A stretch of DNA of 64,000 nucleotides from Paecilomyces variotii (taxonomy: Eukaryota): the NCBI GenBank assembly GCA_004022145.1, contig RCNU01000001.1; one strand, written 5' to 3'. The notes under the pieces are model-generated. The model saw only the letters and a program-made list of their open reading frames with translations, ran no database searches and was not told the origin of the DNA. Positions 15,201-29,571 of the stretch are shown piece by piece (the stretch's first letter is position 1; every line of letters starts with the position of its first letter). A program made the position numbers and the translations under genes.

Positions 15201-17289
15201 AATTGACAAAGGATGCGATGAATCCTAGTACAGCGATGAGGCCCATGACAGCAATATAGCGGAAGGAGTCCCTGTAAAATTTGAAACCTGAAGGCTTGGG
15301 GAAGAGCATAGAGCGAACTAGAGCTCCTTTCGTAGTGGAGAAACCCGTCCTTATAACAATAGCCAGTGCAACTGCGTCGTCATCACTGCCCTGCGGTCTG
15401 CGGGCTCGGACAATTCTGGTGCCGCAAAAAAGAAAATGTTTAGCCACAACTGGATGGATGGAAGTGGCGTTCAAATCAAAATACTCCAGAGCATCATCGG
15501 TGACCGGACTCTTTGAAACAGGAACAGATTCGCCTAGACTTCGGTTTAGTCACAGAAGTGTCAATGGCAGCAGAGTCCGCACCTGTAAGCATGCTTTCAT
15601 TTATTATACAATCCCCAGATAGCAATAGGCAGTCACATGGGACCTCGGTGAGCGAAGGATCTGAAACTTCGAAGACATCTCCCGGAACTAGATCTCCAGA
15701 TGACACCGATCTCCCTAAGTCACAACAAATCGGTCAGAACAGGCCAAGAATGACAAGCACTGCTAGCTTCGGTGGAGTCTTACAGAAGCCATTTCGCAGC
15801 ACACGGACGTCGCACTCGAAGTGAGAGATCTCTCTCAGACGGTTCATGGTCTCCAAGGGAGTCAGCGAGGAATTCTTAGTTGATAATAGTTATCGATAGA
15901 TTCTCACCGATCGTGTCTCCAATATAGTCGCACCGATACTGAAGATTGAGACAATGAAAATACAGGCTGCGTAGTAGTAGTATTCATCCAAAGACCAGAG
16001 AATGAGACTAGCAATTTGAAAAACATAAAATGGATGGAAAGCCTGTGGGGTTAGAGCCGTCTGAACGATGTGCTACGGGGAGAGCCCACTTACTTCGTCG
16101 ACAAGGAGTTGAGCAACCGATTTCTCCTCGATGCCAATCAAGTTCTGGCCGAAAACTTGTTCCCTGCTATCCCGCTCATCGGCATCCAAGCCGTTTCGCA
16201 TAACCTTTACGTTTGTCCATAAAGGATCTTTCCATGACGTGACAAGGACAAATTTGTCCTCTAATGGATGGTAAAAGAATTGGAGATATCTGTAATCCAG
16301 AGACCGCAAGACCGACATGATCGGATCATTGTCTTCCTCTAGTTCAGAAGTTGTGTGTAAAAGCTGCTGGGCTCCAAATACCGTGGACAGAGGCCGTCCA
16401 TATTGTGTCTTACGAACAGGAAGGACTGCAAGTCGGTTCCATTGATCCTAATACGAATTAGCAAGCAGTTATTTGGCAAGGGGGAGGGCGTGTTCTTCCA
16501 ACCTCAATCGCCACCCATTGACATTCGCGTAGCTGGCTTGGTTTTCCTACCAACCGTAATCGTAACTTCGGCGCCCATCGGAAGACAAGATATGCGATGC
16601 CGAAGGTCAATATACACAGGATCAGATAGGCAGCATAGCCACTCATGCGGGTTGAAAAACCAGCAATCACAATTGTCAAGTCTTCGGTGACAAGGTAGAC
16701 TTTTTGGCTAATCCTGCCACCCACTTTTTGTCCGCTGACATGGGACTTCACAGAGTCACGCCTGGAAAGCAACGGCTCCTCGATAGAATCTCTGGAGCGC
16801 AATGACCTCCTCGACTTGCTACTCGGTACGGGAAAATCCAATTGATGTTCAGTACCCTCCGCGAACTCGGGACTAATTCCGACTTCGTCTTCCACGGCTT
16901 CCTCATCTTCTGCATGTTCAAAGGAATCGTCGTCTTCTCGCAGATAGCTAAAACTCACTACGGAACCATGTCGCATTCCTCGATGAGCAAATGAAGCAAC
17001 GCTGGAAGGAATACTCTCGGACATGGGGCCAGAAAAGACCTAAGGTTCTCAGTCCGGTTTCTTCAATCAAGGCTAGAGCCAGGCCTCATGAGGCTTACCT
17101 CTTCCTGTGCCATTTCTACATCTGACACCACACTCATGCTAAAGTAAAAAGCAGTTAGTTGACCGGGACTAGAATCGGGGCTATGTACTGGTACAACCTG
17201 CTCCTCATAGACTCCCTGCGATGTCTAGGACCAGAACCATTCGGCCTTACAGGCCGACGGTCCGCAGCCGGCGATTCAGAACCGTCCAT
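12226..17289 (-). CDS. YPK9: P5B-type ATPase (Ypk9/ATP13A2-like), many exons
   Basis: PPALP TM4 motif (P5B), DKTGTLT phosphorylation site, [35 protein letters not shown]. Confidence 0.94.
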
Positions 17290-18767
17290 TGTGTCGTATG
17301 TAGATCGGAATGAAGCGTCTTTAGTTATCTGGTAAACGAATCCACCTTATTTCGGGGTCATGGAGGGTCATTGAACCTCGGTTATGGCGGAAGGTGAGTC
17401 ATGTTTGAAAAAGATTCAAGTAGGATGCGATGAACTTATGAAGAGAGATCAATGAGGGTTTTCCGGGCGTGGACTGGGGCACGGAAGCTAAGTAGAAGGA
17501 ATGTGAGCAAGATGCGCTAACATCCAGGCACATGAACTCACCATCGAATCCAGTTTGAATCTTGAAACGACGTTATCATGTGTGGAGAAGATCTTGACGG
17601 AAGGATGCAGAGCTGGGAACTTATCGACACGTGATCAGTGGATGTTGTGAATTCCTCTCGAGAATCCTTTGCGATAACATGTGGTACAACAGTCCGTAGA
17701 CAATCATCTAGTTATTTTTCTTTTCTTTTCAAGATCCCTGTGTCAATTACATCATCGACAGAGGCAATAAGATACCGAGATCTAGTCATTATAGAAAAGA
17801 TCGATTTTTCTGACGGGTAAAAATAGCCGCTATTGAGATAAGACAGTGATATCTCTTTCATCTTTATTTCTTAGAATATATCGATATATTGGACGTACTA
17901 CGCTTCGTTCTAGTGTCCGTGACATGTACATATTTGCTGGATCCGAATTAACAAGCTAAATTACAGCCCGTTGTTACTCACAAGGATTTCATCCATCACC
18001 AAGTCTTGTGCGCATAAGTGCGTAACTAGTTCGACCAGCCCTGAGAGGAGTGTGGTCATATAGTACATAACCATATACAAGTAGAATAATACTCTTACCT
18101 TTTTCCTATCTATCTATTTTAGGACGCGTTATTACTAGCTTACTACAGAAAGACGGGATCTTCCATGTATTATATTAGAGTTTGACATGAGAGATGGCGC
18201 GATTAAATCTATTCCTTCGCCCCGGGCCTTGTGTAAAGACAAAAACAAATAGTTACTAGCGTCTTGAGACGAGACTTGGCTATGTATGTACCTAGACTGC
18301 GTAAATTCTGCCAAGGAGAGTCGTGTTACTTTCAGATTCTCCGATCATCTTTTTTTTGTCGCCCCAGCCTTATGATGTGTCGAGTTATATATATCCCTTG
18401 TCGCGTGGCTCTGGGTGACAGATTTGGTCCCTGGCTGACTCATGTAACTGATGGCGCAAGAGACAGTGATTTATCGCCCGCGAGAAAGAAATCTCAAGCT
18501 CACACACAGTCTATTATTCAAGACCATGTGGCAGTGTAGTGTGTAGTCGTAGCAGTATTATTGATTAGCGTTGGGAATTTGGAGTTCTCAACAGCCAACA
18601 CGGCGACACGCCCGTCCCGCCAAGCCCCTCGCGCTAAGGATCCCACCAAGCCACCTCAAGTATTCCAGACCTCGAAAAACCAAGCGTATCAAAATCTTCC
18701 TCATCCCTCTCTTTTCCCTCCTACAACCACTTCACAACCTCTGTCTATCCCGATCAGCACCGTTGCC

Positions 18768-20295
18768 ATGTCGGAACCTATCAGAAACAAGAAAGCCAAC
18801 TTCCCGGTTGCTCCGTAAGTACTCACTTGTCGCGCTACCCCTCTCTCGTTTGATCGAGTTACCTCATCCGTCTTGTCTGTCGCCTGGCGAAGGATGCCTG
18901 ACCGCTGATTCGTGCCATTATCATAGAACCCCTCAAAATACACCTGCCAACAATGCTCCTATCTCGTCTCATGCCCAGCAGCCTGGAGTTTCAAGTATCT
19001 CAGAAGGTAAAAAATCCCTCCCCTTAGCGGTCGTGACATTTGCCACCCTACCCTTGCTGACATCGATATATCAGAAAATCTCGATCATGCGGCCGCTGCC
19101 TCGATATTCGCACAGAACCCCGGACTTGTCTCCATGATCCAAGGTAGACTTGGTACCCTCGTGGGCCGTTCTTCAGGCTACATCGAGTCTCTCCCAACGC
19201 CTGTGCGCCGTCGGGTCGCAGGCCTCAAGGGTATCCAGAAGGAGCACGCCAAGCTTGAGGCGCAGTTCCAGGAGGAGGTCCTACAGCTCGAAAAGAAATA
19301 TTTCACAAAGTTCACGCCTCTCTACCAGAGACGTGCTACTATCGTTAATGGAGCCGCGGAGCCTACTGAAGAGGAAATCGCTGCTGGCAAGGTTGACGAG
19401 GAGGAGGAAGAAGAAGAAACCAAGGCCGAGGAACCTAAGAAGGAGGAGACTGCCGCAACTTCAGTCGCCGGAATTCCCGAATTCTGGCTGTCTGCGATGA
19501 AGAACCAGATTTCGCTTGCTGAAATGATCACCGATCGTGACGAGGAAGCACTTAAACATCTTGTCGATATCCGCATGGAATACCTGGACCGCCCTGGGTT
19601 CCGCCTCATCTTCGAGTTCTCTGAGAACGAGTTCTTCACAAACAAGACTATCACGAAGACCTATTACTATCAAGAGGAGAGTGGTTACGGTGGTGACTTC
19701 ATCTACGACCACGCCGAGGGAGACAAGATTGACTGGAAGGCGGACAAGGATCTCACTGTTCGCATCGAGAGTAAGAAGCAGAGAAATAAGAGTAAGTCGA
19801 CAGCACATCAGTCAAATGCTTTCGAGGTCCTAATAACAATTCCACAGGCACGAAACAGACTCGTGTTGTGAAGATCACTGTGCCCACCGAGTCTTTCTTC
19901 AACTTCTTCTCTCCCCCGAAGCCCCCGACCGATGATGATGACACTGTCGCCACCGACATCGAAGAACGATTGGAACTGGATTACCAGCTCGGTGAAGATA
20001 TCAAGGAGAAGCTCATCCCGCGGGCCATCGACTGGTTCACGGGTGAGGCTCTGCAGTTCGAGGAGCTCGGCGATGAGCTCGACCAGGACGAATTCGACGG
20101 TGACGAGGACGACGAAGATGATGAAGACGAGGACGATGAGGATGATCGGAGGTCAGACGGTGATATAGAAGATGAGTCTGAGGAAGAAGTAAGTCTGCCC
20201 TTATCTATTGTGCTCCATTGATTGCGGTGATTAATACGTGGTAGGATGGAACCTCTAAGCCCAAGAAGGAGGCGGCGGAATGCAAACAAAGCTGA
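18768..20295 (+). CDS. NAP1: Nucleosome assembly protein Nap1 (multi-exon)
   Basis: [41 protein letters not shown], acidic tail, ends AECKQS*. Confidence 0.96.
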
Positions 20296-21648
20296 AGACT
20301 TTTTACCAACCGACTGTCGAGGTTCTGATGGCTCGTCTCCTATGATTAAGGCGCAGTCCTCGTGCATTTTTGCAGGTTTCGCTTTGTTTACTTATTAAGA
20401 CTGCTATTCGTCCCTTTGCTTCTTCTTATGTCATTGAATGCCAAGCATAATACTGTAATACGAGTCCCTTTTCCCGTCTCCACGCTGTCGGACAAATATG
20501 CGGTGATTCTCTCGAACCGATGTCGATCTCACGAAAATGATTGCTAGTACACTCAGTCGCGCCTCCGTTTGCTCCCACTTTTCCTGTTTTAAAAGTAGGG
20601 CGAGCTGGGGAGTCCGCTTCTATCTTGGGGCGGCGTCGGTCGGTGTACCTCCCTGTCTACCTATAGTGATCATTAACGGTGGAAAGAAGGCGACATGCAA
20701 TCAAACGGCTGATGTTCTTGTTCTGTGCTCCTTTTTTCATTGACATCCTGGACCTAGAATCACGCGCACGAGTTGAAAAAAAGTCGTAATGTTGTTAGAT
20801 ATGCCGAGACGATCTCGAGAATACGAGAATCAACTCTGTCTCGTCCACAGTTCACTAGATACTGCCATCGGGATCCTCCCATGTCTATAAAAAAATGAAA
20901 GGCGTGTGTAGCTAATGCAGATTTACTCCGCTCTTGTGGAAGCATCTACAATTTCTGTTGCACTGCAAGACACGTTGAATCAAGTGTTTGTATACGTGGC
21001 ACAAATAGAGTATAGTCCAGCTACCTCCAGTAAAACTCCTTTTTTTTTTCTCAGTGTCCACGGCTACTCTTGACCGGTCGAGTTACTGTCATGTATTTCA
21101 TGTGGGGGACGGGACTTAGATCAACCAGCTCGAGCACAGGCCAGGTACCCTGAACAGAGTGTGTGGCATGCAGCAGCCCGAGACAGTGGAAAAATAATAT
21201 GTCGGGGGTGTTAAAAGTAGGATTCTAGAATCATCTTGCTAATATTATATCAGAAGCAATATCAGTGATTCCCTTGTTGTTGAATACAGTAAAGACAGGG
21301 GGTCCCAGTTCATTCCGGCGGTCTGGTAGTCGGCCTTTGCATCTTAAGTGTCTTCCTGGGGCGCCTCCCGGAGCTGTTCAGGGGTCGCGGCCCGCTAATG
21401 GCCAGCTTTTAAGGTCCGTCCAGCGTTTCACCCGACCTCCAGAATTAAGACCAGCCTACTTCCCAAACTTTTGGACGGTGACCAGAAGGAAGGGTACCGT
21501 TTCTCCATCCGCATTCACCACCTGCATCCAGATTTCCTCCTCGGACTCCCTAAATGCTAGGTAGAGCAGCCAGGTGTACGATACTGGCGGCCTCGAATAC
21601 CTGCAAGCCTGACGGCGTCCTCGAGTCGAGAGAGTCGGCAACGTAACG

Positions 21649-24600
21649 ATGGCGACCAGCTACGATGTCGGAACAAGGGCGTGGCAGCCCGACCCTACGG
21701 AAGGATGGGTTGCTTCCGAGGTCAAGGAGAAGTTGGTGGAGGGGGATAAGGTGAAGCTCGTCTTTGAGTTGGCAAACGGAGAGGTAAGTTGATGCCACGA
21801 GTCTCATCTCGTCTACGGTTCTATCCCTGCTGTACCAGGATATCAAGCTGACGGAGCTACCTTTTTTCATAGTCAAAAACGATCGAGACGACGCAAGAAG
21901 AGTTACAGGTCGACAATAACCCCAAGCTACCACCGCTGATGAATCCGACGATACTCGAAGCAAGCGAGGATCTTACAAATCTGTCACACTTGAACGAACC
22001 TGCTGGTATGTAGGATGCTTGGGATCAAACCGGAGGTGCATGCGTTGACAATCCTCAAGTTCTGCAGGCTATAAAACTCCGTTACGTTCAAAAAGAGATA
22101 TATACATACAGTGGTATAGTTTTGATTGCCACGAATCCTTTTGCGCGGGTCGACTCCCTGTACGTTCCGCAGATGGTTCAGGTGTATGCTGGAAAACATC
22201 GTGCCTCGCAGGCACCGCATCTGTTTGCTATTGCCGAAGAAGCCTTTGCGTAAGTGCCTCCCGCAAATTCTTGCCATTGATGCCACTGACACTGTTAAGG
22301 GACATGCTGCGAGATGCCAAGAACCAAACCATCGTAGTATCTGGTGAATCCGGTGCTGGAAAGACCGTTAGTGCCAAATATATTATGCGATACTTCGCAA
22401 CGCGCGAATCCGCGGATCAGCCGGGCAAGTATACGCAAGGCAGGGCCGACGCCATTAGTGAGACGGAGGAACAAATTCTAGCGACGAATCCGGTAATGGA
22501 AGCTTTTGGAAACGCGAAGACGACACGAAATGACAACTCGTCACGATTCGGAAAATACATTGAGATTATGTTTGACTCCAAGACGAACATTATCGGTGCG
22601 AAGATCAGGACTTACCTCCTGGAACGGTCGAGACTGGTATTCCAGCCTCTCAAAGAGCGCAATTACCATATTTTCTATCAGCTTGTTGCTGGTGCAACCG
22701 ACTCTGAACGACAGGAACTCGGTCTCGCCTCCGTAGAAGAGTTCGATTACTTGAATCAAGGCGGCACCCCAACTATCGATGGCGTTGATGATAAAGCCGA
22801 GTTTGATGCCACTCGGAAGTCTCTCGGCACTATAGGTGTAGCAGAGCCAACTCAAGCTGACATATTCCGGGTTCTTGCTGCATTGCTGCACTTGGGAAAT
22901 GTCAAGATCACGGCTACCCGAACGGATTCACAATTATCAGCAACAGAACCATCGCTCGTGCGAGCCTGTGAGATGCTCGGAATCAATGCCAACGAGTTTG
23001 CAAAGTGGATAGTCAAGAAGCAACTGATCACAAGGGGAGAGAAAATCACCTCGAACCTTACTCAACAGCAGGCGATTGTCGTACGAGACTCCGTTGCCAA
23101 GTTCATCTACTCCAGCTTGTTTGACTGGCTTGTTGATACAATCAATAGGGGCCTTGCTAGGGAAGAAGTTCTGAGCAGGGTACAGTCGTTTATTGGTGTT
23201 CTCGATATTTACGGATTCGAACATTTCGCGAAGAACTCATTCGAACAGTTTTGCATCAACTATGCCAATGAGAAACTACAGCAGGAGTTCAACCAGCATG
23301 TGTTTAAGCTCGAGCAAGAGGAATATGTCCGAGAAGAGATCGATTGGACCTTTATTGATTTCTCTGATAACCAGCCTTGTATCGATCTGATCGAAGGGAA
23401 ACTTGGTATCTTAGCTCTATTGGATGAGGAATCCCGACTGCCTATGGGCTCTGATGACCAGTTTGTCACCAAGCTCCATCATAACTTTGCTGCGGATAAG
23501 CAAAAGTTCTACAAAAAACCCCGATTCGGAAAGTCCGCATTTACCGTTTGCCACTATGCGGTGGATGTGACTTACGAATCTGATGGGTTTATTGAAAAGA
23601 ACAGAGACACCGTGCCTGATGAGCACATGGAGATCTTGCGGAATTCATCTAACAACTTTGTGAAAGAAATTCTGGATGCTGCCACTGCTGTTCGTGAGAA
23701 GGACTCCGCCTCTATTTCGTCCAAGCCTGTCGCAGCTCCAGGGCGCCGGATCGGTGTGGCCGTGAACCGCAAGCCCACCTTGGGAGGTATATTCAAGTCC
23801 TCTCTCATCGAGCTCATGAACACCATCAACTCGACAGATGTCCACTACATCCGTTGTATCAAGCCTAATGAAGCCAAGGAGGCCTGGAAGTTTGAAGGAC
23901 CCATGGTTCTCAGTCAGTTGCGAGCCTGCGGTGTCTTGGAGACAGTCAGGATCAGTACCGCTGGATATCCAACTCGGTGGACGTACGAGGAGTTTGCTCT
24001 CCGCTACTACATGCTTTGTCACTCGTCGCAGTGGACGTCTGAAATCAAGAAAATGTGCCATGCCATCCTGCAAAAGGCCCTTGGGGATCCCAGCCAGCAG
24101 AAACAGGATAAATACCAACTTGGTCTGACGAAGATCTTCTTTCGTGCAGGTATGTTGGCTTTTCTGGAAAATCTGCGAACTTCTCGCCTGAACGGTGCTG
24201 CAATCATGATCCAGAAAAATCTGAAGGCCAAATACTACCGACGGAGATATCTCGAAGCGCGGAACTCTGTCCTTTATACCCAGGCTTTGATCAGAGGTTT
24301 CCTGTCCAGGCAACATGCTCAGGAAGCAAGGAAAATCAAGGCCGCAACTACCATCCAACGGGTCTGGAGAGGTCACAAGCAGAGGACGAAGTACAATGAG
24401 ATCCGCAAGAATGTGATCCTGTTTGAATCGCTGGCAAAGGGCTACCTCTGTCGCCGGAATATCATGGACAGCATACTTGGAAATGCTGCCGTAACGATTC
24501 AGCGCGCCTTCCGCAGGTGGCGTTCGATGCGCAACTGGCGGCAATACCGCCACAAGGTTGTCATTGTCCAAAATCTGTGGAGAGGTAAACAGGCCAGGAA

Positions 24601-26726
24601 GCAGTACAAGAAGTTCCGTGAAGAAGCAAGAGACCTCAAGCAGATCTCATATAAGCTTGAGAACAAGGTTGTGGAGTTGACACAGAACCTTGGAACATTG
24701 AAACGCGAAAACAAGACCCTGGTTTCCCAGCTCGAGAATTACGAGAGTCAGCTGAAGTCATGGCGAAGCCGACACAATGCTCTCGAAAATCGTTCTAAGG
24801 AACTCCAGGCTGAAGCCAATCAAGCTGGTATTAACGCGGCACGTCTCACAGCCATGGAAGACGACATGAACAAGCTTCAGCAAAACCACACGGATGCTCT
24901 TGGAACTATCAAGCGACTTCAGGAAGAAGAGAGAATTTCAAGGGAATCGATTCGCGAGGCCAATGCTGAACTAGAGAGGCTAAAACAGCTGAACACTGAG
25001 AACGAAAATGAAAAGGCCTCTCTCCGTCAGCAAATTTCAGAGCTCCAAGAACAGCTAGAGATTGCTAAGAAGTCTGTTGTGACAAACGGGGTGAACGGAG
25101 ACGCACACAACGGAAATGGTATGCAACCTCCGGCAAGCGGACTAATCAATTTGGTGTCTTCCAAGAAACCGAAGCCCAAGCGACGCAGTGCTGGGGAGAA
25201 GATCGATATTGAGCGGTTTAGCGGGGCTTACAACCCTAGGCCGGTGTCCATGGCTGTTCCAGGCGCCATTAGCGCCCGCCAGCCTCTCTCTCCTGGCCTA
25301 GATTCCGTTGAGGTTGAGCTAGAGAATCTCTTGTCAGAGGAAGATGAGCTCAATGAAGAGGTTGCAATGGGTCTGATCAAGAACCTAAAGATTCCGGCCC
25401 CTGGAACCAATCCTCCGCCGACCGAGAAGGAAGTCTTGTTCCCGGCGTACCTTATCAACCTCGTCACATCCGAGATGTGGAACAACGGCTTTGTCAAGGA
25501 ATCCGAGCGATTCCTTGCGAACGTGATGCAGTCTATCCAGCAAGAGGTTATGCAGCACGAAGGGGACGATGCCATCAACCCAGGCGCTTTCTGGCTTTCA
25601 AACGTTCACGAGATGCTCTCCTTTGTATTCTTGGCTGAAGACTGGTACGAAGCTCAGAAGACTGACAACTATGAGTATGACCGTCTGCTGGAGATTGTCA
25701 AACATGACTTGGAAAGTCTTGAATTTAACATTTATCATACCTGGATGAAAGTTTTGAAGAAGAAGCTGTATAAGATGATTGTCCCTGCCATCATCGAGTC
25801 ACAGTCTCTTCCGGGCTTCGTTACGAGTGAAACAAACCGTTTCCTCGGCAAGCTTCTGCCTTCCAACAACACGCCTGCATACAGCATGGATAACCTCCTC
25901 AGTCTGCTGAACGGTGTTTTCAAGGCTATGAAGGCGTACTATCTGGAAGACACTATCATCACCCAGACAGTGACGGAGCTTCTTCGTCTGGTTGGTGTAA
26001 CAGCTTTCAATGACCTCCTGATGCGGAGAAACTTCCTGTCATGGAAGCGTGGTCTCCAGATCAACTACAACATCACTCGAATCGAGGAGTGGTGCAAGAG
26101 CCACGACATGCCTGAAGGAACTTTACAGCTAGAGCACTTGATGGTCAGTATTGCGATATTACGGCTCCCTGTAACATTCAAGATCTCATTTCTAACGATA
26201 AACAGCAAGCGACGAAACTCCTCCAGCTCAAGAAGGCAACATTGAACGACATCGAAATTATCCAGGACATCTGTTGGATGTAAGTTCTCTCCATGGTGCT
26301 CCACGATAGCTTTCGTTTGATACCTGAGGTTGACACGTATTATACAGGCTTTCTCCCAACCAGATTCAGAAGCTCCTTAACCAGTACCTTGTAGCAGACT
26401 ACGAACAGCCCATCAATGGCGAGATCATGAAGGCAGTAGCGTCACGTGTGACTGAAAAGAGTGACGTACTCCTTCTGACAGCCGTTGATATGGAGGACAG
26501 TGGTCCCTACGAGATTGCTGAACCACGTGTCATTACTGCGCTGGAGACATACACACCATCTTGTAAGTCAGCCTACGGGAATTTCAATAGCCTTTCTGTC
26601 TACTAACGGGTCGCAGGGCTCCAAACACCTCGGCTGAAGCGCCTTGCGGAAATCGTGTCCGCCCAGGCAATGGCCCAGCAAGAGAAGCTCGACATGGCAG
26701 AGAACGGTGGATACACTTCCGATTAA
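21649..26726 (+). CDS. MYO2: Class V myosin heavy chain (MyoE/Myo2-like)
   Basis: GESGAGKT P-loop, NDNSSRFGK, DIYGFE, QLRACGV, tandem IQ motifs, coiled coil, DIL/globular tail (FWLSN, GLQINYN). Confidence 0.97.
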
Positions 26727-27312
26727 AATACTTTGGTGAAGCTTGGACTTCGTTACATATCCGTCAGGTACGAATGAATTTAGATGATCAATGCTGGTGA
26801 TTTTTTGTAGCCTTAGCATCTGAAGAAGTTATTCATTTCACACAATATTGGGTATGACTAATGTAATGATATATACGATCACATACTTCAGAGAAGGGAT
26901 CTCCTGCTCTATCTTTTTGATGATGCTGAATGATACGTAATGTAGTCGAAGTAGATATTCATTATTTTAAGCATTAGTATCCTTACGTACTGTATATATA
27001 CCCCAATTATTCGCGTGCTGGCCGCCATGAGAAACAGATAATTGCGCATAAGATCCGAGGGTAATTCTGAAGAAGTACGATAGATAGTCCATGTCTCATA
27101 CTATATATCAAGCCTGCCCTCCCAAATTTTCAAATAAGTCATGCCCGTCCAATTCGTTTTTGCGGAAAGTGGAGATAAATCAATTCGGAACTTTTCTTCA
27201 TCCGTACTCCGCCTCCTTGCTATCACCCACGCCTTCGAAGAAGTTACCTAGTTAAATCAGAAGAACCCCGTGATTTTACCCCGCGCATATAGACCAAACG
27301 ATTATATTCATA

Positions 27313-28325
27313 ATGGCTTCTTCCATTAGAACGCTGAACTTCATTACCGGAAACAAAAATAAACTGGCAGAAGTGAAAGCTATTCTTGGCGACACTGTGG
27401 AACTTCAGAACAAGGCTATCGATCTCCCTGAGATTCAGGGAACTTCGGAACAAATTGCAAAGGAGAAATGTCGTCGTGCTGCTGAAATAGTAAGTTAGTT
27501 GGTTAGTTTTTGGGGTGGTTTTTTTGGATATGGGGTTTACTACTTTATTGTCTTAGTCGGGGATGGGTTCGCTTTTTTTTTTTACTTCTCTTTTTAATTC
27601 TATATAAAAATGCTTACATGGATTCGAATACGTCAAAGATAGGTGGACCTGTCCTGACAGAGGATACTGCTCTTGAATTTCATGCTCTCAAAGGCCTCCC
27701 GGGCCCTTACATGTATGTATATTACCCGTCATTATGATTTGAAGAAAACAAAAAAAAAAACAATAAAAATAAAAAAAAGTGCGCTAACTTTTGAGAAGCA
27801 AATGGTTTCTGGAATCACTTGGCCATGAAGGGTTGAACAAGATGCTTGACCCCTACGACGACAGGACTGGTGAAGCTGTGTGCACATTCGCCTTTTCCAG
27901 TGGACCTGGTGCAGAGCCCATCCTCTTCCAGGGACGGACACAGGTCTGAAGAGCCACGAACTCCATTGGTATAATGAGTGCAGCCATAGCTGATATGTTC
28001 CGATCATTAGGGTCAAATCGTACGCCCCCGCGGCCCAGCCAACTTCGGTACGTATTTGGATCCATGCGAAAAGCAAGAAAAGCAGCAGCAAGAATGTCCC
28101 TTCGGACTGACTGACATCTACTCTTCAGGCTGGGATCCTATCTTCGAATACGAGGGTAAAACGTATGCGGAGATGGAGAAACAGGAGAAGGTAAGCCATG
28201 CCAACACATCATTTTGCGAAGCCGTCCCCGCGATCGCTGACCCATTTGTCCCGCAGAATCAGGTTTCTCATCGCTATAAGGCGTTGTTGAAACTGAAGGA
28301 ATGGCTCGCAGAGACCAAGGCCTGA
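27313..28325 (+). CDS. HAM1: Inosine triphosphate pyrophosphatase (multi-exon)
   Basis: [37 protein letters not shown], terminal SHR motif. Confidence 0.95.
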
Positions 28326-28412
28326 GCGCGAGATTGTGATAGATGTCGTTTAGATCCGGAAAGGAAACCCAGCGGCTGTCCGTTATGAGAAAAGAAAATA
28401 GAAGACCCCCAT

Positions 28413-29142
28413 TCAATCCGCATTCTCTGCCCGCGACGCCTTCCAAGCTTCTAGCCATGCAACTATCCTTGCGCAATTACTGTCAACGTCGTCGTCCTTC
28501 TCGCTTGTCAGTTCGACGACAATCTCCTCATCGTAAGCTTCTCTGGCTTCCTCCAGGAGTAGTCCGAATATTTCAGCGTCCAGGTTCTCTTGTAGCTTGT
28601 CGTCTCCGTATCCTCTGTGGCACCACACACACCATGGTTAGAACGATATCAATTGAAAGCTAAGTAGGAACCGTGATTACCTTGCAGAGAGACGATCGTG
28701 GAAAATAGAAGTAGAAGGACACCGCAAAACGACCACAAGGTCAATCCACGACTTGGGGAAGAGATCGCACGCATGCCAATCTATTAGATATCCACCCTGG
28801 AGCACCTCATCCTCGATCGCATCGAGAAGCTACAGCGCCATAAAAGTCAGTCAAATCCTCCAGCCGCAAGCACGGTACATATTATCCAAGTCCTTCCATG
28901 AGGGACTTGGCGGGGTAGCGCAGCCGCCCTCGACAGAGACGCCTATGTATATTGCATACCTTATCCTCATCCACAATCCAACTTTTGCGCTCTTCATCAT
29001 ATCCATCGTAGCATTCTCTGTCCTTGGCGACCTGGTTAATCGACAGATGCCGCAATCCGGTTTCTTGAGCGAGCTGTTCGCAATGCACGGTCTTTCCAAC
29101 GCCCGGCGTGCCGGTGATGATCACATTCGGGGATTTTCTCAT
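28413..29142 (-). CDS. FAP7: Adenylate kinase 6 / Fap7 (40S maturation ATPase)
   Basis: MRKSPNVIITGTPGVGKT Walker A, IVDEDKL, LIDWHACD, ENLDAEIFG. Confidence 0.95.
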
Positions 29143-29571
29143 GATTTCTGGATATATTATGAATTTCTGGGAAAGACGACTTCGAGCGGGAAAAGGGCCT
29201 GGTAATATCGACAGGGTTGTCGTGAGATTAGCTGGATCGTGCACGTTTGGAGATCTTGAAAATTTCCGGCGCATTAATCGGCGGCGCGGGTTAGTCTCAA
29301 AAACTCCGCGGGAGTATAGATTTGCATGGTGGGGTCGCTGCGCGGGCCGAATGCTGGAGGAACGTTTAATACAGGCAACACCCCTCAAAAGTTTCAAGTT
29401 TGTACTGTATATTCGAATGCTCGTAACCTCATACATGCTGGTCATTATCGCTCTAACCTAATGAATGCCATATCGAGATTTACACGATTAGATAATACTG
29501 GTCAGATTACTTAACTAGTTATCGCCTGTATGCCCCAAAGTGTCTGTCTAATAAACTCCAAAACCAATATT

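Noticed and set aside
23645-24571. 308-aa antisense ORF inside myosin V (similar ones at 47657-48352, 37525-38118, 55061-55543)
   Set aside because: Shadow ORFs opposite codon-biased conserved genes; no protein-family features.
29143-29445. In-frame N-terminal extensions of FAP7 (also CBF5 54448-54675, BMT5-like 60047-60244, HOM3 32250-32330)
   Set aside because: Not protein-like, overlap promoter motifs, and the downstream ATGs fit the expected family N-termini better.
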